Shown here: one piece after another, positions 21,334 through 30,058 of the stretch
How the letters are laid out: every line of letters starts with the position of its first letter
How positions within the stretch are numbered: position 1 is the first letter of the stretch
NCBI GenBank assembly: GCA_900544305.1
Contig: UQUV01000009.1
Span: 4,612-68,611, forward strand
Length of the DNA: 64,000 nt
From: an uncultured Porphyromonadaceae bacterium
Lineage (GTDB): Bacteria > Bacteroidota > Bacteroidia > Bacteroidales > Muribaculaceae
Direction of reading: 5' to 3'
Notes under the pieces: model-generated
What the model was told of the DNA's origin: nothing
The model's database searches: none
Seen by the model: only the letters and a program-made list of their open reading frames with translations
Program-made: the position numbers and the translations under genes

Positions 21334-21940
21334 AAACAACATTATGAAATATCAAGCGGAAAATGCAGTCTCCAGCTTCTTCTACTATATGTGGAATGCC
21401 TGGTGCGAGGAAGAGTGCAGGACAGTATTCAAGGAAATGCACCCACACTTTTGGGAAAAATGGTCTCTGATGACGGACAAGGGAATATTCGGAGCCGCTG
21501 AACGGTTCTATGCGGAACTGACGGACCGTTACAGGGAAAAGCTGGTGGAACGGGCCGTCAGCCTGTATGACGGCAAAGCCAGACGCAAACACCCGGACGA
21601 TTCCGAAATCAAGGTGTGCAGTGATTGCGGTTCAACAGAGATTGAAATCCAGGCATGGGTGGATGTAAACACGAATGAATACCATAGTGACGTGGACGAT
21701 GACATCTGGTGTTCCCGGTGCGAGGACAATGTGGAGACCTGCTCCAAACAATCCTTTCTGGAAAAGATGCAGGAATGGTGGAAATCCAACAGCACCGATA
21801 ACCTTGAATACCTGACCGGATTCAAGACATCCGATTTCCCTTCAGCCAATTCCGGACAGACATTCGCCGAGGCCGCCAACGAATGGTGGAACGACAAGAA
21901 CTATGACGAGAAGAGGAACATATACCTGACAAACAATTAA
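21308..21940 (+). CDS. Hypothetical protein with a CxxC...CxxC zinc-ribbon-like motif (true start probably MKYQAEN at about 21344)
   Basis: CSDCGSTEIE...CSRCEDN cysteine pairs. Confidence 0.5.
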   Translation: MQGCITLNKNNIMKYQAENAVSSFFYYMWNAWCEEECRTVFKEMHPHFWEKWSLMTDKGIFGAAERFYAELTDRYREKLVERAVSLYDGKARRKHPDDSEIKVCSDCGSTEIEIQAWVDVNTNEYHSDVDDDIWCSRCEDNVETCSKQSFLEKMQEWWKSNSTDNLEYLTGFKTSDFPSANSGQTFAEAANEWWNDKNYDEKRNIYLTNN

Positions 21941-21951
21941 AGACAACGGCT

Positions 21952-22161
21952 ATGGCACGGAACATCATTGACCTGATCTGCAACTCATGCAGTTGCGGCA
22001 AGGAAGAGGCACAGGAATATTTGGACGACGAGATAAGGAACCTGCAGGAACTTCAGGCAGACAACGACCTGAGAGGCGAAGACTTCGAAATCGCGTGCAG
22101 CAACCTCGGACTCGACCAGGACTGGCAGATATATTTCATCAACCGTCTTGCAGGACTTTAA
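21952..22161 (+). CDS. Hypothetical small acidic protein
   Basis: 69-aa ORF, MARNIIDLICNSCSCGKEEAQEY.... Ends 11 nt before the J-domain gene start. Confidence 0.35.
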   Translation: MARNIIDLICNSCSCGKEEAQEYLDDEIRNLQELQADNDLRGEDFEIACSNLGLDQDWQIYFINRLAGL

Positions 22162-22172
22162 TATCTACAACT

Positions 22173-23243
22173 ATGACTTATTTTCAGAACATACAATCAC
22201 TGGCGGACCTGAAAAAGGAATACCGCCGTCTGGCAATGCTTCACCACCCGGACAAGGGTGGTGATACTGCCCTCATGCAGCAGGTGAACACCGAATTCGG
22301 AAAGCTGTTCGAGGTCTGGAAAGACAAGCCCTGCGTTTCCACAACCCCGACAGGCTACGAACACGACTTTCAGGGTGCCACCGCAAAGGAATACACCGAA
22401 TACGTGTACAATGAATACCGCTGGAAAGGGCGCAACTACAACGGGCAGTCCGCGCCGGAAATCACGGAACTGGTCAGGGCATGGCTCAAGGAGACCTATC
22501 CGAGATACACCTTCTCGGTCCGCAGGGACGGATACAACTCAATCCTTATCCGGCTGATGAAAGCAGACTTCGAGGCTTTCACCAGAGAATCCGGAAAGGT
22601 ACAGGGAGACATCAACCACTACAACATCCAGGCATCGGACAGTCTGACCGACCGGGCCAAGGAGGTGATGACAAATATCAGGGACTTTGTCATGTCGTAC
22701 AACTTTGATGAAAGCGACCCCATGACCGACTATTTCCACACCAACTTCTACCTCACGCTCGGAATTGGCAGCTACAGACAGCCGTACCGGATGGAACTGC
22801 CGAAGATTACGGGAAAAGACAGTCCTGAAGTGTTCAGGTTTCCCGAAGGACCTGCACACAAGGCTATGCGCCAGGCACTGGGCAAGGCGCGTTTCGGCTT
22901 CATCGAGAGCCGGAAGCATATCGGGGAAATGATACTCGGAGAAGACTTTTACGGCTCACAGGGAGAACATTATTTCTGGCCCAAGGAGTATTCAAGCGCG
23001 AAGACGGCACAGAAACGCATCGGAAAACTGGAGGCAGCCGGAATGCACTGCGAACTGACAGGCTGCAACGGCGGATACATACGCCTGCTCGGATATACTC
23101 CGGAGACGGAAAGCAGTCTGGAACGGGAAAGGCAGGAATATGCCACGGCATACCGGAAGTGGGTGTCAGAACACGGCATATCCCCAAATACGGGAACAGT
23201 ACACCAGAACATTTCAAATCCAATCAGACAGATACAATTATGA
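22173..23243 (+). CDS. J-domain (DnaJ-like) protein with a C-terminal domain of unknown function
   Basis: Starts MTYFQNIQSLADLKKEYRRLAMLHHPDKGGD, a canonical J-domain HPD motif. The 21987 start in the ORF track gives an Arg-rich, alternative-frame-looking N-extension that I reject. Confidence 0.7.
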   Translation: MTYFQNIQSLADLKKEYRRLAMLHHPDKGGDTALMQQVNTEFGKLFEVWKDKPCVSTTPTGYEHDFQGATAKEYTEYVYNEYRWKGRNYNGQSAPEITELVRAWLKETYPRYTFSVRRDGYNSILIRLMKADFEAFTRESGKVQGDINHYNIQASDSLTDRAKEVMTNIRDFVMSYNFDESDPMTDYFHTNFYLTLGIGSYRQPYRMELPKITGKDSPEVFRFPEGPAHKAMRQALGKARFGFIESRKHIGEMILGEDFYGSQGEHYFWPKEYSSAKTAQKRIGKLEAAGMHCELTGCNGGYIRLLGYTPETESSLERERQEYATAYRKWVSEHGISPNTGTVHQNISNPIRQIQL

Positions 23244-23572
23244 CAAACAGGGAAATCATCAGAGAACTGAAACGCCGCGGCTACAGCCGGGTGGACATTG
23301 ATACGGACAGTAGAGCCGCAAAGACTTTCTACACCTACCGTGGCGGGCTTCATATCAACGGTACGGAAGATCTGTCATTCCATATCGTACCGCCACAGGA
23401 GAGTCTCGGACTGGGACGGTTTGCAATATGCGCCACCCGTAACGGGGAAAGCTCACAGCTGGGGACAGACCAAGCCCCGTTCTTTTTCCGGTGGCTGTTC
23501 GCCTTCCTCAAAGGTGAGAGAAAAGAGAATGAGATAATAGATGGAATATGTACCGACAGAAAAACAGAATAG
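23240..23572 (+). CDS. Hypothetical protein
   Basis: MTNREIIRELKRRGYSRVDID.... The ATG overlaps the upstream stop (ATGA-type coupling). Trimmed from track ORF 23159. Confidence 0.45.
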   Translation: MTNREIIRELKRRGYSRVDIDTDSRAAKTFYTYRGGLHINGTEDLSFHIVPPQESLGLGRFAICATRNGESSQLGTDQAPFFFRWLFAFLKGERKENEIIDGICTDRKTE

Positions 23573-24290
23573 AAATATGAAAGCAAAAGTATTGAAATAC
23601 AAGTTTGATGGCAACACCATCGTTGCCCCATACATGGAACTTGAGCCGTATGCGGAGAATGTATTCATCTCGCTGGCAAGAAAAAACGAATACGGAAACG
23701 AAAGTGAAGACAGTTTCCATGTAATCTGCAAGATAGGTGATGTCCATTTTTCCTGCGGACAGTATTCACGCAGAATTCTTGACAAGGAGGGGCACCGGGA
23801 AGAAGCGGCAGCCTATTGCAGGAACTGGATTGAAAACACCCTGAAGGATGCGGAAGATGGAAAAATCATCCCCCTCTTGTCTGTCCATGTATTCAATGCT
23901 CTCGGTCTTGACTCCACACCTTTGGTACAGGCCCGTGAGGAATATGCAAAAAGTCAGGAAGAAAAGCGGCTGGAACGGAAAAGAAAAGAAGAGCTGGAAA
24001 GAAAGGAGAAAGAAGACAGATGGCAACAACAGCTTGACGAGAACAAGCGGAAATTCCTGAACGGTGAGAAAATAACGGCAGAAATGTTTCTTGAAATCAC
24101 AGGAAGGGACGGCTTTGACATCCATATCAGAACCAAAGGGACATTCAACCGACATGTAACAGCAATCGACCGGAACGGAACCGTCAGTTTCAGAAAATAC
24201 AAAGGCCGCCGTACTCCCGACTTTACCGGATGTCATAAGGCTGTAACAGACTATCTTGCATTCCTTGCCGAAGATGAAATCAGCCAATAA
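23541..24290 (+). CDS. Hypothetical protein with a coiled-coil / Lys-Glu-rich centre
   Basis: 249-aa ORF. Last gene of the operon. Followed by a palindromic terminator. Confidence 0.5.
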   Translation: MEYVPTEKQNRNMKAKVLKYKFDGNTIVAPYMELEPYAENVFISLARKNEYGNESEDSFHVICKIGDVHFSCGQYSRRILDKEGHREEAAAYCRNWIENTLKDAEDGKIIPLLSVHVFNALGLDSTPLVQAREEYAKSQEEKRLERKRKEELERKEKEDRWQQQLDENKRKFLNGEKITAEMFLEITGRDGFDIHIRTKGTFNRHVTAIDRNGTVSFRKYKGRRTPDFTGCHKAVTDYLAFLAEDEISQ

Positions 24291-24298
24291 AATCCAAA

Positions 24299-24332
24299 GC
24301 GGTAACAGCCATCCTATGCAACTGTTACCGCT
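24299..24332. terminator. Bidirectional hairpin between convergent genes
   Basis: GCGGTAACAG (24299-24309) ... CTGTTACCGC (24323-24332). Confidence 0.5.
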
Positions 24333-24353
24333 ATTATCAGGACATATCAGGAT

Positions 24354-24698
24354 TTACAGCTTCCTGTTCAGTATCATCGCCAAGGGATAGATAAACTGGT
24401 TATAGGCCTTGAGTTTCCTCAGATCCAGCACATACCCTGCATAGGGATTGGTACAGTCCGAATAGAAAAACACATCGGTAAAACCCGCATGTTCCTTTAT
24501 GATTTCACCTTCCAGGGGAATCTCGTCCACATCAAAATCCTCCAGAGGCAGTTCCTCCAGACGGGCATGTTCCCCATTGCCCAACACATTGAGATTACGG
24601 TTGAACAGCACGTATCCTCGCTTACTGTAATCCACGCGCATACCATACGGACGCTCCACAAGGAAAGCATCCGCAGCTTTCTTTATATAATCTTCCAT
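24354..24698 (-). CDS. Hypothetical protein
   Basis: 114-aa ORF, the lone minus-strand gene in this block. Confidence 0.45.
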   Translation of the reverse strand: MEDYIKKAADAFLVERPYGMRVDYSKRGYVLFNRNLNVLGNGEHARLEELPLEDFDVDEIPLEGEIIKEHAGFTDVFFYSDCTNPYAGYVLDLRKLKAYNQFIYPLAMILNRKL

Positions 24699-24821
24699 GA
24701 TTTTTCAAATTAGGATTTGCAAAAGTACACCATTCCTTTGTCAAAGACGAACAAATCAATGGGTTTCTCACCGACATACCTGCAAGAAAATACAACGACA
24801 CACAACCTGTATATTTTATTT

Positions 24822-25010
24822 TCCTCCCTGCAAAGGTAGTCCCGTGTCCAACGTACCCGGACAAGGTCAGGCCCCTATGGGGTTGGCTGAAAGAAAATCA
24901 TCCTCGCCGATGGCTGCGGTATTTTCTTTCGCCAAACCTTGCGGGTACGGTCACGGGACAGTCAGGCAGGTGAAAAATAAAAAATACCGGCTCCCGGAGC
25001 CGGACGTGTT
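24822..25010 (+). repeat. Long imperfect-palindrome element, copy 3
   Basis: 5' CCTGCAAAGGTAGTCCCGTG ... 3' CACGGGACAGTCAGGCAGG. Hairpins GGCCCCTATGGGGTT and GCCGATGGC. Core GAAAGAAAATCATCCTCGC...GCGGTATTTTCTTTCGCCAAACCTTGC. 3' tail AAATAAAAAATACCGGC plus hairpin CCGGCTCCCGGAGCCGG. Ends about 24 nt upstream of the ATG at 25034. Confidence 0.7.
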
Positions 25011-25033
25011 TAACAAATAAAATACAATGAGTC

Positions 25034-25324
25034 ATGAAAATCCTGAATGAAGAACATTTCCAGAATGTAAAGCGTTACGCCGAATCCATCGGTGACACAT
25101 CACTCCAGAATTGTCTGGACAGACTGAAAAAATGGGAGGAGAATCCAGACCATCCAAGCGAAATCTCGCTCTATTATGATCATGCCCCGTACTCGTTCGG
25201 CTTCACGCAACGCTATCCAGACGGAAGCATCGGCATTGTAGGCGGTCTGCTCTATCACGGAATACCCGACCAATCCTTTGCCGTGACACTTGAACCGTTC
25301 CACGGATGGCAAATACATACCTAA
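25034..25324 (+). CDS. Hypothetical protein
   Basis: 96-aa ORF directly after repeat copy 3. Confidence 0.45.
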   Translation: MKILNEEHFQNVKRYAESIGDTSLQNCLDRLKKWEENPDHPSEISLYYDHAPYSFGFTQRYPDGSIGIVGGLLYHGIPDQSFAVTLEPFHGWQIHT

Positions 25325-25367
25325 AAAAATAGACAATCATAGTATTAACTTTATAAAATTCAAGATT

Positions 25368-26291
25368 ATGGAAGCAATGGCAGTATTGGAAAAACAACAG
25401 CAGTTTGATTTTCAGAACAACGGAATCGAAGTAATGAACTTCGAGACTCTCCAGCGTACCTACAAGGAGAATGATATCTACGGCAAGCCAGTCCAGGGCA
25501 TTTATCACTACCAGGTCCTGCAGCGTATGATGGACATTTGCGAGAAGTACAACCTCGATTACGAGGTGGAAGAAATCTTCGCGGCACAGAACAGGAACAA
25601 GACACAGCCGGGAGTAAGCATTCTCCCGCAGGTGGAACAGACACTTGGTGAAAAAGCAGTGGAAGCCCACATCCTCCGACGCATCTTCGCTACCATCCGG
25701 ATCAAGGACTGGGAAACGGACGAGCTGACAACTACGCTGGTTGTTGCCTATCATCAGGACGGCATACAGGCTGCCATAGGCCCGTGCGTGAAAGTATGCC
25801 ATAACCAGTGTATCCTCTCGCCGGAAAGGAGCATCTGCAATTACGGAAAGAACAAGGTGACAACGGAAGGGGTATTCGAGACGGTGGACGGATGGCTGGC
25901 AAACTTCGAGGTGAACATGAACGAAGACATCGCAAGGATTCAGCGACTGAAACGCAGAATCGTCTCACTGGAGGAAGTATATATGTATATCGGACTGCTG
26001 ACAGCATTGCGTGTCTCCCATGACAGTTCGGACAGGAACCTGTCATCCTCCGTGGAAACCTACCCGCTTAACCAGAGCCAGATTTCCATCTTCACGGAAG
26101 AGGTGCTGAAACTGGTCCGCGAAAAGGGACAGGTTACCGCTTGGGACTTGTATAATGTAGCGACTGAGATATATAAGCCGGGCAGAACGGATTTCCCGGC
26201 ACTGATTCCGCAGAACGGAGCAATGGCGGAACTCCTGCTTTCCCGTCTGCCCTCAGAGGTGGAAATACAGGATGCCGTTCTGGTAGGCTGA
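25368..26291 (+). CDS. Hypothetical protein (conserved ICE cargo-like)
   Basis: Start chosen at MEAMAVLEKQQ (ATG 25368). The track ORF 25290 has an unlikely N-extension. Confidence 0.5.
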   Translation: MEAMAVLEKQQQFDFQNNGIEVMNFETLQRTYKENDIYGKPVQGIYHYQVLQRMMDICEKYNLDYEVEEIFAAQNRNKTQPGVSILPQVEQTLGEKAVEAHILRRIFATIRIKDWETDELTTTLVVAYHQDGIQAAIGPCVKVCHNQCILSPERSICNYGKNKVTTEGVFETVDGWLANFEVNMNEDIARIQRLKRRIVSLEEVYMYIGLLTALRVSHDSSDRNLSSSVETYPLNQSQISIFTEEVLKLVREKGQVTAWDLYNVATEIYKPGRTDFPALIPQNGAMAELLLSRLPSEVEIQDAVLVG

Positions 26292-26408
26292 ACAGCTACA
26301 GAATGAAATATTCATATTATTTTTGCATAGAAACAAACCAATGACATATCAACAACCCGGACAGGCGTTCATAACCGACGCCTGTCTTTACTATATAATC
26401 TTAACAAT

Positions 26409-27473
26409 ATGACTTGGAAAAAAGCAAATATCATCATAGACGGCCGAAAGATGGAAATCCCGGCCCCCGACATCATATCGGCAAGCCGCAGCACGGACAT
26501 CCCGGCATTCTATGCGGACTGGTTCTTCCATCGGCTCGAAACCGGCTATTCCGTGTGGAACAACCCGTTCAACGGAAAAAAGAGCTATATCTCTTACCAG
26601 AATACAAGATTCATAGTGTTCTGGTCGAAAAATCCCAAACCTCTTCTTCCTTATCTGCCGATCCTGAAAGAAAGAGATATCGGCTGCTATATCCAGTTCA
26701 CTTTGAATGATTATGAGGAAGACGGACTGGAAACCGGTGTCCCTCCGCTGACAGAACGTATTGAAACATTCAGGACTCTTTCTGAGATATTGGGTAAAGA
26801 AGCCGTAATATGGCGGTTCGATCCGCTGATACTCACAGACAACATATCCGTGGATACTCTGATTGAAAAGATCGAACGTGTAGGAACGGAGATACACAAT
26901 TGTACGGAAAAGCTGGTTTTCAGTTTTGCAGACATAGACTCGTACAGAAAGGTCAAGGCCAACATGACAGACAGCGGAATCCCGTATCATGAATGGAATA
27001 AAGAAAAAATGGAGGAACTTGCCGGAAAACTGACGGTACTGAACCGTAACAGAGGATGGAATCTGGAGCTGGCTACCTGCGGCGAAAATCTGGATTTTGG
27101 CAAATACAGGATATCCCGTAACCGCTGCATCGACGGTGACCTGATAGCACGTCTGGCATGGAAAGACAAGGAACTGATGTCTGCATTGGGAGTCACCATA
27201 CAGGAAATGCCGTCTCCAGCCTTTTTCGACATGAATGACCTTCCTTACGGTGCTGTGCTTCTACCTGGCAACAAATACTTCGTCAGCAATCATAAAAAGG
27301 ATCCGGGACAACGTGCCTCATGCGGATGTATGGCAGCCAAGGATATTGGGGAATACAATACCTGCCCTCATCTCTGCGAATACTGCTATGCAAATTCAAG
27401 CAAAAAAACGGCAATCATGAACTGGGAAATGCACCGGCAGAACCCTATGGCGGAAACGATAACCGGAAAGTAG
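26409..27473 (+). CDS. DUF1848-like protein with a C-terminal Cys cluster (probable Fe-S binding)
   Basis: 354 aa. C-terminal CGCMAAKDIGEYNTCPHLCEYCYAN cysteine arrangement resembles DUF1848. Confidence 0.45.
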   Translation: MTWKKANIIIDGRKMEIPAPDIISASRSTDIPAFYADWFFHRLETGYSVWNNPFNGKKSYISYQNTRFIVFWSKNPKPLLPYLPILKERDIGCYIQFTLNDYEEDGLETGVPPLTERIETFRTLSEILGKEAVIWRFDPLILTDNISVDTLIEKIERVGTEIHNCTEKLVFSFADIDSYRKVKANMTDSGIPYHEWNKEKMEELAGKLTVLNRNRGWNLELATCGENLDFGKYRISRNRCIDGDLIARLAWKDKELMSALGVTIQEMPSPAFFDMNDLPYGAVLLPGNKYFVSNHKKDPGQRASCGCMAAKDIGEYNTCPHLCEYCYANSSKKTAIMNWEMHRQNPMAETITGK

Positions 27474-27480
27474 AACAACA

Positions 27481-27533
27481 GACGAGGAAGAAACTGACAG
27501 TCAAAAGACTGAAAGATTCTTCCTCGTTTTTTT
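27481..27533 (+). terminator. Hairpin plus T7 run downstream of the DUF1848-like gene
   Basis: GACGAGGAAGAA (27481-27492) ... TTCTTCCTCGT (27517-27527) then TTTTTTT. Long loop. Confidence 0.45.
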
Positions 27534-28044
27534 ACTCTTCGAAGAGCAGCATATATTCCACCTTCCTTCTCCGTTCAATGCTCGGCACTACCTTGCCTTT
27601 GTAACACCGGAAAGAAACATACTCCTTATAGATATTCCGGTCTCCGGCCTCCAGCTTCTTCAACAATTTGCTTTTGGGCATTTTGCCGTAACCTTTCAGA
27701 CGGTATGCCCCCACATTGTAGCTCAAAACAGCGGCGAGCAACGAATCACGTCCCAGATAACTGAACATACGGCACAGCTTGCGTAAATCCGCTCTCAGGA
27801 TTGAATCACCCTGTTCTTTTGTAATGTCATTGGTCAGCCTTTCCCCGGGAAGGACCTTATGCCCGTACCCGACATAAGGCCAGTGTCTTTTTTCTCCATG
27901 CCAGCCCTCGAACCGCTTAATGCACTCAACCGCAAGGCTGAACCTATCCTGTTTCTCCTTTACCGGATTCTCCGCCCGCAACGGTATGCTCCCGAAGCAG
28001 GCTATGGCGAAAAACGCCGCAAACAATTTTGCTCTTATTCCCAT
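27532..28044 (-). CDS. Phage-type lysozyme (GH24-like) with a signal peptide
   Basis: RFEGW...YVGYGH matches the T4-lysozyme catalytic region (E...TIGIGH). Start trimmed to MGIRAKLFAAFFAIACFGS (signal peptide). Confidence 0.65.
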   Translation of the reverse strand: MGIRAKLFAAFFAIACFGSIPLRAENPVKEKQDRFSLAVECIKRFEGWHGEKRHWPYVGYGHKVLPGERLTNDITKEQGDSILRADLRKLCRMFSYLGRDSLLAAVLSYNVGAYRLKGYGKMPKSKLLKKLEAGDRNIYKEYVSFRCYKGKVVPSIERRRKVEYMLLFEE

Positions 28045-28057
28045 AGGCAGGTCAGGT

Positions 28058-28567
28058 TCATTGTGATACGATAACGACAGGCAGTTCCTTGCCGCCGGAA
28101 GTAACCACGGTATCCTTGTCCTCCGTCTCATTGTTGAAATCGAAGGTCAGCTGGAAAAGCTGTGCCGGCTCGCTGTTGTCCTCAAAATAGATGTCAATGC
28201 TCTGCTGGTCCTCACACTCTGAGGTGTAATAAAGGCGGAACACCTCCCTGTCCAGAGGATAACGGTCGTTGGGCAGCAGCACCATCCCGTCGTCCATGCG
28301 CAGCTTGCCTTTGCCGTCCGGCTGGAAATAACGGATGGTATATCGGGCATCAGAGAACCGTCCTTCCCGTTTCAGTTCACAGCGGATTTCCACGGTTTCA
28401 CCCTTCACAATACGTGTGGGAACCGGCATCGTCTCCACCGTAAAGGGATAGGACTGCTGCACGTCAAGGTCATCGCTGCACGAGGTCAGTATACCGAAGG
28501 TCAGGCCCATCAGGGCGCATACAAGGGCATACAGCCCTTTTCTGTTCATATTAGGTTTCATATTCAT
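28058..28567 (-). CDS. traQ: Conjugative transposon lipoprotein TraQ-like
   Basis: 169 aa, lipoprotein signal (LTSCSDD). Last gene of the tra operon by position and size. Confidence 0.55.
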   Translation of the reverse strand: MNMKPNMNRKGLYALVCALMGLTFGILTSCSDDLDVQQSYPFTVETMPVPTRIVKGETVEIRCELKREGRFSDARYTIRYFQPDGKGKLRMDDGMVLLPNDRYPLDREVFRLYYTSECEDQQSIDIYFEDNSEPAQLFQLTFDFNNETEDKDTVVTSGGKELPVVIVSQ

Positions 28568-28594
28568 TTCTTGTTTTAACGGTTTATAAAAAAA

Positions 28595-29473
28595 TTACTG
28601 TTCAGGCGGAAAATTACTTTCCAGGTATTCGTTCAGGTCCTTGCATCCGGCATACAGGTCGGAACAGTCGTCAATCCTGTCACCGTAGCGTTTCCGGAGG
28701 AAGGCCAGCGTCCTTCTTCCGGCATCGTCATTGTCCATGTAGCACCGGATCTTCCCGTAATTGTCCAGATAAGGGAACGAGCGTTCAAGCAGGGACACCG
28801 AATTGAGGACCAAATAATCCTCACCGCGGCTGATGCCGAGTACCTTCCATGAAAGAAAGTCGATAAAACCCTCAAAAAGGTTACAGGTAAGCGAGCCGTT
28901 ACGGATGAGGGAAATGTCCTTGGGCGGCAGACACCATTTCATGAATCTGGTCCGCAGCTCATAGCCTCCGCCCATATTCCTGAAACCGACAGCGAAATAC
29001 CGCTTGCCGTACAGACGGAACCGTACTTCCTCGCACTCCGCACGGGCGATTTCCTCTGGAATACCGCGTCCCTTCAGATAGCCGAGCAGTGCATTACACC
29101 GCAAGGGACCGCAAACCACCTCCTCGAAGCGGGAAGGCTCCTTGCGCTTTTCTGTCCTGACACTTCCCTTTTCTCTTTTCTGTCCGGCATATTCAGGTAT
29201 TGTGCCTCCATAAACTCCGGCGATGAACCTCGCCTGTGCCATGAAGCCGTCACTTCCTGAAAGCTCCCCCGCAAGGGTGAAGATGTCGCCTCCATGCCCG
29301 GTACCGAAGTCATGCCATACATCCTTACGGGTATTCACATGGAACGAAGGTGTCCTTTCCTCACGGTACGGGGAGAGATACCAGCATTCGTCGCCGTGCC
29401 TTCTGACGGGCTTATGTCCCAGACGGGACAAGAATTCCTCAATGGGAATACCTCTTATCATCTCTATATCCAT
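28595..29473 (-). CDS. traP: TraP-like DNA primase (CHC2 zinc-finger/toprim-like)
   Basis: 292 aa. CWYLSPYREERTPSFHVN....WHDFGTGHGGD resembles the primase zinc-binding region. Confidence 0.65.
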   Translation of the reverse strand: MDIEMIRGIPIEEFLSRLGHKPVRRHGDECWYLSPYREERTPSFHVNTRKDVWHDFGTGHGGDIFTLAGELSGSDGFMAQARFIAGVYGGTIPEYAGQKREKGSVRTEKRKEPSRFEEVVCGPLRCNALLGYLKGRGIPEEIARAECEEVRFRLYGKRYFAVGFRNMGGGYELRTRFMKWCLPPKDISLIRNGSLTCNLFEGFIDFLSWKVLGISRGEDYLVLNSVSLLERSFPYLDNYGKIRCYMDNDDAGRRTLAFLRKRYGDRIDDCSDLYAGCKDLNEYLESNFPPEQ

Positions 29474-29479
29474 AGGCGT

Positions 29480-30058
29480 CTAATTGAAGATGAAACGGAC
29501 TCCAAGCCCGAACTGTGTCGTGAACTTTCCCAGAGAACTGCCCCATAGCACACGTTCGCGCACATGGGCAAGCAGCACGATACGGTCCGTCACATAGCTT
29601 TCCATCTCCAGCGTTAGGGCTCCGCCATAGATGAAGGCATCACTGTCATGAAGTCTCGCCCCGTCATACAGTAGCCTTTCTCCCCAGTTCAGTGTCTCAT
29701 ATCCCACCAGGGCAGAACCGCCGACAGAAAGGAAGAATATCTTCGCCGGGTCGGACAGGAACTTCAGGTAATAACCGCCCTCGGCAGTAAACTGGGCCCG
29801 TGGAACGAAGGTCCCGCGATAGCCGTAGTTCTTCAGCAGATATTCCACGCCAGCCACCCAATGGTTGGCCCTTTTCGTATATCCCGACACGGCAAAGCCC
29901 GTGTACCAGTCAACAGGTGATTTCAGGTTTCCGGCAAAGCCTCCCCTGAGTTCCACACCCTTCATTCCGGGAAGGTAACGCTGGGCATATGCCTGCCCCG
30001 ATGACAGGGCAAGCGATACGCATACGGCAAAAAGAAACAGATACTTCTTCATGGTCAT
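29480..30058 (-). CDS. traO: TraO-like conjugative transposon protein (secreted)
   Basis: 192 aa, signal peptide. Position and size in the conserved gene order. Confidence 0.6.
   Translation of the reverse strand: MTMKKYLFLFAVCVSLALSSGQAYAQRYLPGMKGVELRGGFAGNLKSPVDWYTGFAVSGYTKRANHWVAGVEYLLKNYGYRGTFVPRAQFTAEGGYYLKFLSDPAKIFFLSVGGSALVGYETLNWGERLLYDGARLHDSDAFIYGGALTLEMESYVTDRIVLLAHVRERVLWGSSLGKFTTQFGLGVRFIFN

Noticed and set aside
21987-22172. N-terminal extension of the J-domain ORF (MQLRQGRGTGIFGRRDKE...)
   Set aside because: Arg/Gly/Pro-rich translation of the alternative frame of the 21952-22161 gene. The J-domain begins cleanly at Met 22173 with an HPD motif 30 residues in.
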